Assembly (NCBI RefSeq): GCF_036321535.1
Contig: NC_087437.1
Span: 106,766,001-106,830,000, forward strand
Source of the DNA: Camelus dromedarius
Lineage: Eukaryota
Reading direction: 5' to 3'
DNA length: 64,000 nucleotides
Both the position numbers and the translations under genes were made by a program. This document shows positions 37,668 to 49,112 of the stretch, piece after piece (positions within the stretch are counted from its first letter, which is position 1; each line of letters begins with the position of its first letter). Under the pieces are notes generated by a model, which saw only the letters and a list, made by a program, of their open reading frames with translations, did no database searches and was not told the origin of the DNA.

Positions 37668-38162
37668 GATCAGTCAGAATAGAGGACTGATGATACAGTC
37701 AAACTGGATGTTTCGAGAAGAGTTGAAAAAAAGCGATTATTTTTAAAAATGTGGGCCGGCTGTAAGGGAATGACAAGGGACAGTATAGATTTCAGGAGCT
37801 GGAGATGGAGGGGCGCCTTCATCATCACGAGGCCTGAGAGATTACTGGGAGTGGTTTGGGCACCTGGAGAGAGGACATCCGCCTGACGGGAGCTGTGACC
37901 TTAGGCGGAGGGATGCAGCGCCTGCGCGAGCCCTGCAGGGAGGAAGCACCGGGAAGGAGAGAACAGGGGAGACTCCAGCCTCACTCTCGTCCTTCCTTCA
38001 GATCTTCTGCCGTGACCTCCACAGGCTGAATCCACCTGGAAGCAGAGCACGAGGGAGATGGTGGCGGTCAGTCACGGAGTTCATCCTTAAAGAGCACACA
38101 CAGAGCTGGGCTGAGAAGGGAGGAGAGGGGTCCGCAGGGGCGGACTGAAGACAGAGCGCACA
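37668..38162 (-). mobile_element. ERVL solo LTR (LTR40/LTR41-like), unusually CpG-rich
   Basis: CCGCCTGACGGGAGCTGTGACCTT..GAGGGATGCAGC..CCTCACTCTC..CAGATCTTCTGCCG..GGCTGAATCCACCTGGAAGCAGAG. Homologous to 22224-22668. Confidence 0.78.
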
Positions 38163-39494
38163 AGCTCCGAGGAGGAGGCATAGCAAGGGCGTCACCGTGA
38201 GTACAGAGCAGTGACTGAGGAGCACCAGGAAACGAGTCCGAGACACAGCCGACCGGAATTGGTCGGCACTGTTGGGGATTGTAACGTCCTTAGCTCTTGC
38301 CGGGAGCGAAGTGAGGAACTATTGGAGAGTTCTGTGTGAAAAGGTGACGTGAGCTGGCACATCTTAGAGGTATCTCTCTGGATGGTGAGTTAAGAATAGA
38401 CACTGGTGAGACAAGGGTGGAACTGAGAGACCAACGAGGGTGCTGCTGCCTCATTCAGGCAAGAAAGATGGTTGTTTACAGGTGGATGCAGTGGATGGTG
38501 GGTTTCCAAATACATTTTAAAAGTAGAGCCAGTGGGGTTGATGGACTGAATGGGATGTGTGTGTGTGTGTGTGAACTAACGATGATGCCAAGCTGGAAAG
38601 GCAGAGTTGCCACTGATTGATTTGGTGAAGAATGTAGGAGGAGCCCTGTTTTTGGAGGGAGGCTCGGCGACCGGTTTTGCTCATGTTGAGCTTCAGGTGT
38701 CTGTTAGGACTTGGTGAACAGACAGATGGCTTTATGCGTCTTGAGTTTAGGAGGAATATCTTACCAGGAGATAGAAATTTGGTAGATGTTATTGTTAGAT
38801 GTCCTTTAAATTCATTAAATGAGATGTGCTCACCAAGGGAGTGAGTGTGGAGAGAAATGAGGGAGGGACCAAAGCCTGGGGTCTGGAGCATCCCAACACT
38901 ACGGAGAAGTTGACAAAGGAGACAGAGAAGGAGCTGCCAGCACAGCAGGGAGAAAGTGAGGAAAGTGTTTCCAGGGGGAGGGAGGGATCAGCAGCGTGAG
39001 CTGCTGCGGCTAAGTCAAATGCAGTGAGGATTAATACGTAACCATTGGCTCGAGTTGCATGGAGGCCATTAGTATTCTTGACAGTCCAGATGTCCTAGAG
39101 TAGTGGGAGGAAAAGCAGATTCGAGTGGGTTCAATGAGAATGGAAATGGAAAGATCTGCACTGGATATAATTAGTATAGAGTTCTCTTAAGAGAGTTTTA
39201 TATCCAAAACAGTACCAAAAAAGATACTACTCATAAAAAGTGTTTTGCTGTAAAGGTAAGTAGAAAAGTAGGGCGGTAACTGGAGACAGGTGGAGTCAAG
39301 AGAAAAAAAAAATTTCTAACGAGTGAGAACAGCATGTTTTAGGGAAATAGGAATGATCTAGCAGAGGAGAAAAAGTAAAGATGCAAGAGAGAGAGGAGAG
39401 GAGAATTGCTAGAGAAAGGTCTTTGAGGAAGCAAGAGGAGTGGACGCTACTGATCAAATTAAGAGGCTGTCCTTACAGATGACAGTTTTTCATA

Positions 39495-39815
39495 GCAGTG
39501 GTTTTCAAAATTGCATATTAGAACTACTTGAAAGAGCTTTTAAAACTCCTAATGTCCACCTTTTATTCCTCCCCCTGCCAAAAAATTTAAAGAGTCTCTG
39601 GGAGAAGACTTTTTTTAAAATGTAAAAAAGGACGTTTCCCAGATGGTTCCTAAGTTTTAGCATGTGTCAGAATCATTTCTAGAACTTGGTAGAATGCTGG
39701 GCTCCACCCCCAAGTTTCTGATTCAGTAAGCCTGAATCTATATGAGAATTTCCATATCTAATATCCCTGGTGATACTGGTGTTGCTAGCCTATGGACCAC
39801 TCTTTAAGGATTACA
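39495..39815. mobile_element. Adjacent MER5B-like fragment and MER5A inserted in L2
   Basis: CAGTGGTTTTCAAA..TTAGAACTAC, then GGTTCCTAAG..TCAGAATCA..ATGCTGGGCTCCACCCCCAAGTTTCTGATTCAGTA..GGACCACTCTTT. Confidence 0.85.
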
Positions 39816-41969
39816 GATCAGAGTGTCAGGAGCAAATTTACAGTGTGTGGGGCCAATGATGGTAGATGGGTCAACGTAGTGGTGGTGGGAACTTCAGGAA
39901 GTTCTCTTCTGATGGCTTAAATATTCTCAGTGAAGTGAAAAGAAAGTTCATCATTTCAGAGTGCAGAAGGGTGGGACAATGTCAACAATTCAGGAGAGAG
40001 GAGAAGGTATCTTTTAGTCACTCACTAAATGAGAGTGTGAGTGGTCCAACGAAGGGGAGCATAATTTGGGGGCAGCAGTAGAGCCCACTTGGGGTTGGAA
40101 GTCATGAGTTTAAAATGAGACCAACCAGCATGTTTTTTCCCATTTTACTCTCGCCACATTTAGTCTCAGAGATGCAAGTGTCAAGAAGGTAGAGAAGTGA
40201 ACTTGACCAGGGTTTAAGTTTTGCTAAAAATGTGTTACAAAGTGAGGAGGAGAAAGAGACTGAGCATGTTCACAAGGGTGATTGAGATAGAATTTAAGTT
40301 TGGGTCAAGAGGAGAAGGCAGACACCAGGAGAATGAGTGGAAAGAGGGCAGGATTAAAGGAATGAAGGTTTTATTGGAGCAGGATGGTTGGATGTCAGAG
40401 AACAGAATTTTTGAAATTGAAATTAAGGAGGGTTGCATTTATTTATTATGACAAGGCCTGGGTTATGACCGTGGGGATCTGTGGTTGAGGAACTGTTCAG
40501 ATCAAGATTATGGAGGAGAGGTGTTTGATGAGTCGAGAGTCCAGGATGTTGGGAACATCATTCATATGAGTAATGAAATCACTAGGATTCAAGACAGAGG
40601 TCCTTTAGAAGAGGGAATGACAGTGAGCTGGATGCTAAGGTTTTTGAGATGCAAGAGGAATTCAAAGCTGGGGGTTTTAGGAAGGGTAGAATTGTGTAGA
40701 AGTGAGAATCAAGGAAGACATTTCCCAAGCTCCCCACTGAGGGTATAAGGCAGTGGGAGAAAGTAACCACCTTGAGAGGATTTGAGAGGCAGCAAGCCCT
40801 TAGGGAGATCCAGGTATCTGTTAGAATAAGAAGGACAATGAAGATCCAGAGGAGAGTTGAGGCAATTGGATGTTTTTGAGGCTGTCTGGCTCAAGTTCCA
40901 GAGGGCACAGTGGAAGAGGTCCAGGGGCAGAGTCAGGGTTGGAAAAGACCCAGGGATACGGTGAGATGTGGGGGATACAGGAGATGAAGGTCACCTAGAA
41001 GTTGGAGCTTCTTGGAATAACGCATGTAATTAGTGGGAAGGAGCGTAATTAGATGAATCTTGATGCCCTCAAGGCAGAGAGTGGTGATGAGTCTCTGCAT
41101 GTTGAGAGGTCGTGAGGAGTGGGGGCCTGGGATACCCCCTTCAGGGCTTCTGAGTGATGTGTGGAGGCCAGGGAGGGGTGACCTAACTCTGGGGACATGA
41201 GGCTCTCTCATTTCCTGAGGATGGAGTCCTGAGTGAATAGAGAGATGCTGTTTAACTCAGAGCACACAGCCAAAATATTTTAATTAAAGGAAATGATCTT
41301 GTAAATGTTGCCACATTCAGAGAGAAGAAACTCAAATGATTACACAGAGAATTAACGTCACAGTTTGGAAAGGGCTCACTCCTCCTTTCCAGTATGTAGA
41401 ACACAAATGATGAAATAAAAATGTAGAGAGATCCTCCCCACCCCATCTATCCCTTACTTAGTTGGTTAATTTGCTTTCCTTTTTCTAACTTGCACAGATT
41501 TTTTTTAAAAATCCAAATTGCCCACATAGTTGCTTTGACTTTGTACTACACTTTATGAACATGACCATTAAGATGTCTTGGCAGAACCCTGAGCAGCAGG
41601 AAACCTCAGATATTTTGTTTTATTATTTCTTTAAACCTTAATTTCTCTGGATTTGGTGGCGTAAAATTCAGTCCAACTACTATCTGTTGAGTTTCGGTGT
41701 GCATGGTGTTTGGTTATGTCCTCTGGGAGATGCAGAAGGACTCTGAGGAGCTGGGGAGCTTCAATGAAACTAACTATTGCTTTGCCTTTCTCAGCATCTT
41801 TTCCTGATGAGCAATTCCACACAGGTGCAACCTAAACTTAAATTTGTTTTATTATGGCCACTATTAAAATTAAAATTTATAATTTGAGCAACTTGTGCAT
41901 TTAGAAACCTCCACCAACATTAAATTGACTGTAAAACAGAAACTATTTTATAGTTACAATTAGAAAATC

Positions 41970-43400
41970 TAGAATATGTGAACAGCTTTCTCCTCCAGCT
42001 GCTGCCACATATCTCTGTTCTTTATAGCAAAACTCTTGGAAAATGTTTTCTAATACTTGTTACTACGTTACCATGACCTTCCACACTCTCTCGCACCTCC
42101 TCTGTTCAGGTGTTGCCTCTAGACTGTTCCTGGAGGCCACTAACGCTCTCTGGATTGACAAGTTTTTAGCCACCATCTTGATCTCCATGCCCTCAGTGTT
42201 TAGTCCTCACCTTGTTTTCTCCCCACTTTTGACTCAGTTGGTAATTTTTTCCATCTTGATGTATTTTCTTCTATTGCCTTCTTGAATCCCACATTCTCCA
42301 GGGTTTTTGCCTCTCCCATGGCCGTTCCTTATCAGACTCCTTTGCTGCTCCTCCTCCTTTTGCAGGTCCATAAGACTCTGAGGACACAGGCTTTGGTCCT
42401 CCCCTTTTCTAGCTGACACTCATATTTCTCAGTTGCTCTCACGCAATCCTGTGGTTTTAGCAATCATCAATAGGATGGTGTTTCCCAAATCTTTATTTTC
42501 AGCTACAAGTTCTCCCTGAACTCAACTCAAGTATTCAACTATTTTATGTCTCCATTTAGATGTCTGTTGAGCATCTCAAACTTAACAGTGCCCTCAAGCT
42601 GAACCCTAATTTCTTTCTCTCTCTAGTCTTCCCCATTTCAGTGAAAGACTCTGCCTGCTGGCTCAGCCCCAGCCATCACAGTCCTTTTCCTTATACCCAA
42701 AATACACTAGTAAATCCTTTGGCTCTCTCTCTGAAATATGCCAAAAACCCAACCACCTCCAAGTTCTTTGTCATTATCACCCTTGTCAAAGCTTTCACTT
42801 GGACCACCACCAAAAGTCTTGTAACTCGTTTTCTACTGTTGTTCTCCCAGAGCCTAATTTGCATGCAGAAAACAAAGTGATCTTTTAGAAATGCCAGTCA
42901 GATTGTGTCCCTTCTTATTTCAGAATCCTCCAAGACACTTTGCATCATTGTGACTATAAAACACAAAGACGAGATTCTACATTTCCTTTGGATTCATTTT
43001 CTGTCACGCTCCCCTGGCCACACTGGTCTCCTTGCTGTTCCTTGGACATACTAACTATGTTTCCACCTACATGTTTGCCCTTGCCATTTCCTTTGGCTAT
43101 GCGGCTTTCCCCCAGGATACACACAGGCTTGTTTATTGTTTTATTCGGGTCTCTGTGCAAATGTCAGCTATTCAGAGAGGACTACCGGGACCATCTTGTT
43201 TGAATAGCAACTCCCCCCACCCTGTTACTTGCTATCTTTCTACTTCACTTGATTGTTCTTCTTTGAACCCCATACTGCCTCACATCCCATATTTAATTTG
43301 TTTATTTTTTAATTCCAGTGGAATGTAAGCTTCCTGGAGTCAGAGACCTTATTTTGTTTCTTTGCTGTGTCTGGGACAACACTTTGAACCTAGGAAAAAT
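41970..43400 (+). mobile_element. L2 remnant
   Basis: TTTATAGCAAAACTCTTGGAA, TCTCCATTTAGATGTCT..GCATCTCAAACTTAACA, CACACTGGTCTCCTTGCTGTTCCTTGGACA, GGAATGTAAGCTTCCTGGAG. Confidence 0.88.
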
Positions 43401-44389
43401 CAAATTACTGCTGGTGGGGTGAACCAAAGTTGCACTCCCTTCAGGGAGAGTTCTGGTGATGATGAGTATCTGACAGATGGCCTGGAGTTATCTTGTTCTA
43501 ACAGTTGTTACCGTCTAAGTGACTATTTCTGATAAGGAAATGGAAAGAACATCTTATATTTTTAGGTTTGAAACCTCGTAGGAGTGAGCCAGGCCCATAA
43601 TAAATGCTCAACAAATTTTTGTCAAATAAATGAATGAATAAATGAAAGAGTGAAGACAAATATATTTGTATGTATACGAGATAGACTGAGATCATATTTC
43701 CAATTACTCAGTCTTCATATAATTTTTTAATTTTGCAACAACTATGCCTCTAATGTTAAAAATATTATTTCATGAGGCAAAATAATTTTACTTTGCTTTA
43801 TGTGAGGTTAAAATGATTTTGACATTCTTTCTCTATGACTTAGCTAGGTTTAAAGCAAAAGAACTTTCCATAATTGAAAGAACAATGTGAGTGTAGTTTA
43901 ATTAACCAAAGATATGAACTTTTACAAATATATTTAAATTCTAGGTGGAGAGTCATTTAAGACAAAATTATCTGTGTTTTTCAAGCTTTACACGTCAACT
44001 CCACATGACAGAAATTTCTGGAAAATCTACATATCCACAACAAAGACATATATAGATATGAGTAATAGGATTTATTCAATTTTGGAGTATTGTACTTTTC
44101 CATTCTTGTGTTTTTATCATACAAAGAAATTGGAGTTTGACTTTCTTGGACGTGAAATTCTGTCCTTCCCTTTCTGTGGTGATTGTGTTCAACTCTTCTT
44201 CTTCTCTGCGTTTTACACAGAGCATAATAAGAACTGAGTGTGAGGAGAGCCAGAGCTCAGAAAAGGTATGGGTTAAGCTGTCAGAAAATAGTATACACTG
44301 TTGTACTCAGAGAAGAGAGCGTGTTCTATTCCATAATATGCATTTTACATGTCAAAATGTTCATAGATGTCAAACTTCTCTAAACTTGA

Positions 44390-44473
44390 CTTTATAGAAG
44401 TATAATTTATATACAATATAATGCATGCTTTAAGTGTAGACTTCTGTGAGTTGTGGCAGATGTATAAGCCACG
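44390..44473 (-). mobile_element. Old L1M 3'-terminal fragment
   Basis: TTTATAGAAGTATAATTTATATACAAT..TTTAAGTGTA..CTGTGAGTTGTGGCAGATGTATA. Confidence 0.65.
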
Positions 44474-44652
44474 TGCTTTGGGTTAAATTATATCCCCCCT
44501 CCGCAAAAAGATGTATCAGAGTCCTAACCCTCCGTATCTCCTTATTTGGAGATGGGGTCTTTACGCAGGGAATCAAATTAAAATGAAATAAGTAAGGCAG
44601 GTTCTCATCCAATATAGTTAGTAACCTGATAAAAAGAGGGAAATTTGGACAT
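44474..44652 (+). mobile_element. MaLR LTR 5' fragment (MLT1C-like)
   Basis: GGGTTAAATT..CCCCC..AAAAAGATG..GTCCTAACCC..CCTTATTTGGAGATGGGGTCTTT..AAAAGAGGGAAATTTGGACA. Confidence 0.85.
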
Positions 44653-45279
44653 TTTTTAGAAGAAATAGAATATCCATCTGAGGTCCTGAGGGCTTTGACA
44701 AATAATGGAATTGTCACTGTATTACATAAACATTTTAAAATAAAGTTTATTTTAATGCTGTTTCTATGTATAATCGAGTGACTTTAAATTCTATACACAA
44801 GGGCAAGAAGACTTACTTGGCTCAAAATCAGGAAAGTGATACCATTTTGGAGGGCGAGCAGAATAAAATGCATAATGTGGGAAGGGTTGGGAGGCGAACA
44901 CAGAGGAAGGACTGTTGACAGTGTCTTGTGCCATCAAGCTGATGCTGATCTTCTGTCAGTGATTAGGATGCAGACCTTATCTAACAATTCCTTTAATAAA
45001 CAGCTTTTCTGATGAGCCTGCTATTCCAAATTCCTTTTGGCTTCTCTGTACTTCATCTTATTTTATGATAATTAGAAAGCTGTTCAGTCTGGAATTAGAA
45101 TATTCCCTGTATGTTCAGGTAGGGAAATTAAAAAGACAAACCAGGAAGAGAGGAAATGAAATGGAAATAAAAAATGCCTCTCCTATTATCTTATAAAGTC
45201 ATCACTGTAGTGCCCATTTATTATACCTGACCCCATTCATGTGAAATTCCATTTTGTTTCACATTTATGATATGGCTGA

Positions 45280-45420
45280 GAAGGCACCATTATCACCCTC
45301 ATTTTACACATGCAGAAGTTGAGTTCCTGAACATTTAGGCAATGTCCAAGATTTTATAATTTACGGGTGGCCCATCCTTATCTTGACCTTTGGCTTCTTA
45401 ACTATTTATTCAGGCTTTCT
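45280..45420 (-). mobile_element. MIR fragment
   Basis: ATTATCACCCTCATTTTACACATGCAGAAGTTGAG. Confidence 0.55.
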
Positions 45421-45759
45421 TATCCCAATGTAGTTTTCCTTTGGGGTAGGGGGTAGAATTGGAAGATTAGTAGAGAAACACTCTGTCCCTTTCTAAGCTG
45501 ACTGCCTGTCCTGTTGTCTGTCTTACACACCTGAAATCCAGTGGGAGTGGTGAGAGCTGTTGTGCAAGGTGAATTTGGCTGATTTCATCACCCCCAGATG
45601 CTGTGTAAATTTTCAGTAGGTGCAAGTCATTGTAACCACTTCTTTCCTCCATGATCCCTGACTGTACACATTTCAGATGTGTATTAATTTACTACTTAAA
45701 TATCTGGTTGACCACTGGCGTGGTTCTACACACTGACTTTTCTGGCATTTAAAAAGGGG

Positions 45760-45984
45760 TGGGAAAAGGGATTAATTAAGAGTTCAAGATTTGCAGATAC
45801 TAACTACTATATATAAAATAAACAAGTTTCCACTGTATAGCACAGGGAAATTTATTCAATATCTTGTAAGAACCTATAATGAAAATATGAAAAGGAATAT
45901 ATGTATGTACCTGTATGACTGAAGCATTATTCTGTAAACCAGAAACCAACAACTTTGTAAACTGATTATACTTCAATTAAAAAA
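45760..45984 (+). mobile_element. Young L1 3' UTR end
   Basis: GATTTGCAGATACTAACTACTATATATAAAATA..ACTGTATAGCACAGGGAA..TATTCAATATCTTGTAA..TTGTAAACTGATTATACTTCAATTAAAAAA. Probable TSD AAAAAGGGGTG / AAAAAGTGGTG. Confidence 0.93.
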
Positions 45985-46019
45985 GTGGTGATCTCGGTGA
46001 AGGAAAGCTGGAACGAGAA

Positions 46020-46200
46020 CTTGACGCCACGTGCCTTTTGTCAAGAGTTTGAAGAGTAAAGTCATCACGGGCAAGCCGGCCCACTGGTCCCCGTCTCCAC
46101 CTGTCGCATTAGTGAGTCACCTCTGTGACACCTCTTTGGGTCCCAGTCTGGCTTTATCTTGTCCAGACAGAACTCAGCTCTGCCCTGACTCAGCTGTGGC
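46020..46200. promoter_or_regulatory. Candidate enhancer (motif cluster)
   Basis: CACGTG at 46028-46033, TGAGTCA at 46113-46119, TTATCT (GATA), and TGACTCAGC overlapping CAGCTG at 46186-46196. CpG is locally elevated. Confidence 0.3.
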
Positions 46201-46998
46201 TGCTCTGACTCTGTTGGTTCCCTTGGTCTCTCTCTTCTGCTCCGCTGCCCTTTCCAGGGTTGCTGCCAAGCCTGCTCCGTCAGCAGTTTCTGACTCCAGC
46301 AGCCCTTGGCCTCCTGCCCCAGGACTGCTCACCTCTCTTTGCTACTTCATGTGCCCCTGTTTCTGCCTCCTGTTCCACCCCAGATTTCCCAATCTGTATG
46401 ACTTTCCCTGTGCAGCAGGCAGCAAGCACAGGTCTTTTGTGCTGTTTAAGATCTGCCTCCTTTTTGAGACACTTGAGTCCCATCCTCTGAAACAGCTCTT
46501 GGGGAAGGGAAGAACTTACTGCCGTGCCTTTTCTCTCCTCCCCACATCTGGCTGTGCTTTTGTGAGGTCCATGTCTCAGCTTAGAGTGAGGATCTTATTT
46601 TCCTAAGGGGTGCCAGATGGCCACCACCTAACCCTTAGGTAGGAGGTGGTGGTGGGGTCCTTAGTTGCCCACGCAGCCAGTGCTCATTATTCCTGGGTCT
46701 TGCCTCTCAGCTTTGAAGAGCTCCTCCAGGAAGAGTGAATTTGATTCAGACAACACTTCTGGTTGGATTATTGACGGATAACTACTAGCAGACCTGATTC
46801 CAAGCCAGTATCCTTTGAAGACATCATTTAAAACTGAGGGCTCTGATACTTTCCCAAGGAACACTTTTTCTGTGTTGAAAGAATTTAATCTCTGTACATT
46901 TTAAAAATTACATGAAATTCTAGTTGGCCATCAATTATTTGAAGAGATTGAGATGGGATAGCAAGCTCCTTCTCTCACTGACTTCATCCTTTCCATAG

Positions 46999-47154
46999 CT
47001 GCGCTCTAGCAGCATGGAGACAGAGCTGATACCAGCGTGGGAGAGGAGCAGAGCCTCCGGCGTTAGCATCAGCTGTCCCTTCAACAGTACATTCAAGCTG
47101 AAGGACTGGAATATTAAAAATGCCATGTTTAGAGTGATAGGGCCATATCCCACG
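46999..47154 (+). other. Candidate internal exon (156 nt, open in phase 0)
   Basis: CACTGAC branch point plus TTCATCCTTTCCATAG acceptor; donor ACG|GTGGGT (alternative GG|GTGAGC). Peptide not recognised. Confidence 0.25.
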
Positions 47155-47839
47155 GTGGGTGAGCTCAGCTGGAATTTGGACTGGAGCCCCTTTCCTCAAC
47201 CTGGAACCTCCAGCAATGCAAGCTAGTGAGAGAATGGGAAAGCCAGGATTGAGGAGGGGAACCAGGGAGGGCTGCACAGGGAACTATTGGTATAAATGAT
47301 GGTGCTCCTAGGATTACGGCCATCTCAGCTTGATCTGAGCTGGCCTAGGTTTTGTTTCAGGAGTGTTTGGAATAGTGAGAGGGCAGCCAGTCTGAGAGTT
47401 TTGCATAGAAATGAACAAAGTAGTGGAGCTCACTATCAGGTGGAAAGTTGAACTGGTTCAGAAAAGGACTCTTAGCCTTTATTAAGGAATACACATAGCA
47501 GATACAGCTCTCACATGGGACTGGGAGCAGGGCATGGTAAATCGTCAAGGCCATAGATAAGACGTCAGGTTGTTATAGCAGGGTTTCAGACCGATACAGG
47601 AATAAATTCTCCGTGGGCAAGCAGCTAGCCAAGGCTTTCCCAGACTCGTTAAATGGCAGCTGAGAAATAGAACCAAGACAATTCTAGACTATAGTTCCTT
47701 ATACAAAATCTTTCTTGGTGGAGATTGAATCAGTAACTAGTTGGAACTGAATCTGAGAATTGAAGGAATTAATTCCTGTAGGAGAAGGGAGCTGTGGAGG
47801 TGGCGGGAGGGAGTGACTGGTATCGTATTGTGGTGACTG

Positions 47840-47946
47840 AGGGTGACAAGCCCTCCCGGTTTGCCTGGGACAGAGGGGATTCCTGGGACATGGGCCTCTG
47901 AACTGTAAAACTGAAGCAGTCCTGTTTTTCACTGCTTGTCACCCTA
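47840..47946. mobile_element. MER81 (hAT-Blackjack MITE)
   Basis: AGGGTGACAAG..CCCGGTTTGCCTGGGAC..GAGGGG..CCTGGGAC...CTTGTCACCCTA, with TIRs. Confidence 0.88.
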
Positions 47947-48104
47947 TGAAGATGTGTGTGTGTGATATAGTCTTGGTCAAATGCCTCCTAAAATGTTGCT
48001 TAGGGTTAAATATGAAAAAAAATATCCTTATACAAAATGTGAAATGTGGGCTTATAGTAATTTTGATGAGAAATTAATGTTCACTTTTTCCTGACATATT
48101 CATC

Positions 48105-48240
48105 AGAGAATCTTAGAATTTCAAAACTGAGTTGGAAATTAGATGTCATTTAATCTTTCACTTTGTGAATGATAAAATTGAGAGCCAGGAATATCAGATA
48201 AATAACTCAGGTTTGTGTAGCTACTTAAGGACACACATTT
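48105..48240 (-). mobile_element. MIR fragment, interrupted by the L1 at 48248
   Basis: TCAGAGAATCTTAGAA..GTCATTTAATC..CACTTTGTGAATGATAAAATTGAG. Confidence 0.55.
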
Positions 48241-48247
48241 TTCTTTC

Positions 48248-48826
48248 CTTTTTTTTTTTTTTTAAATTGAAGTATAGTCGGTTTACAATGTTGTGTTAAT
48301 TTCTGGTGTACAGCATAATGATTTAGTAATATATATTATATATATGTATATATATTCCTTTTCATATTCTTTTTCATTATAGGCTATTACAAAGTTTGAA
48401 TATAGTTCCGTGTTATATAGTAGGACCTTGTTGTTTATCTATTTTATATCAATAGTATCTGCAGACCCCAAACTCCCAATTTATCCCTCCACCTCCTCTT
48501 TTCTCCTGGTAACCATAAGTTTGTTTTCTATATATGTGAATCTGTTTCTGTTTTGTAAATAAGTTCATTTGTGTCATATTTTTTTTAGATTACACATATA
48601 AGTGATATCATATGGTATTTTTCTTTCCATTTCTGACTTATTTCACTTAGTATGATAATCTCCAGGTCCATCCATGTTGCTGCAAATGGCATTATTTTAT
48701 TCTTTGTTATGACTTAGTAGTGTTCCATTGTATATACGTACCAAAACTTCTTTATTCAGTCATCTGTCGATGGACATTTAGGTTGCTTCATGTCTTGGCT
48801 ATTGTAAATAGTGCTGCTATGAACAT
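48248..48826 (-). mobile_element. 5'-truncated young L1 3' end
   Basis: Poly-T, TTGAAGTATAGTCGGTTTACAATGTTGTGTTAATTTCTGGTGTACAGCA, and GGACATTTAGGTTGCTT. Same family as 17511-18273. Confidence 0.96.
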
Positions 48827-48921
48827 CTTCTTGAGTCTAAATTCTTTGCTTGGCCTCATCATTTTTTTCTGCATCACCTAAAGATTCTTCCTTTTTTCCT
48901 CTTATCAAGAGCCTTTAAGAA

Positions 48922-49112
48922 AGATCCTAAGAGTTCTCAGTGCAAGGAAAAAAATTTCTTTTTCTTCTTTCTTTTTTGTATCTATATGAGATGATAGATG
49001 TTAACTAAATTTATTTGGAAATCATTTCACAATATATGAAAGTCAAGTCATTATGCTGTACACCTTAAACTTACACGATACTGTATGTCAGTTATATCAT
49101 GATAAAACTGGA
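48922..49112 (+). mobile_element. L1 3' UTR terminal fragment (same family as 36598-37559)
   Basis: TATATGAGATGATAGATGTTAACTAAA..ATCATTTCAC..TCATTATGCTGTACACCTTAAACTTA..AAAACTGG. Matches the reverse complement of 36665-36830. Confidence 0.9.

Larger units (their letters stand above)
37562..41050 (-). mobile_element. Long L2 remnant (about 3 kb), interrupted by an LTR41-like LTR and MER5 elements
   Basis: L2-antisense motifs GCAAGTGCAAAGGCCCTG, CATGTTGAGCTTCAGGTGTCTG, GAGGCCATTAGTATTCTTGACA, GAAGTTCTCTTCTGATGGCTT..TTCTCAGTGAAGT and GAGATAGAATTTAAG. Confidence 0.85.

Noticed and set aside
46031..46606. Longest ORF (191 aa)
   Set aside because: It has a non-ATG start and Leu/Ser/Pro/Cys-biased composition from CT-rich DNA, with no recognisable domain.
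46661..46870. Minus-strand protein-like ORF after a possible acceptor (TTCTTTCAACACAG)
   Set aside because: No recognisable homology and no linked upstream exon. Insufficient support.
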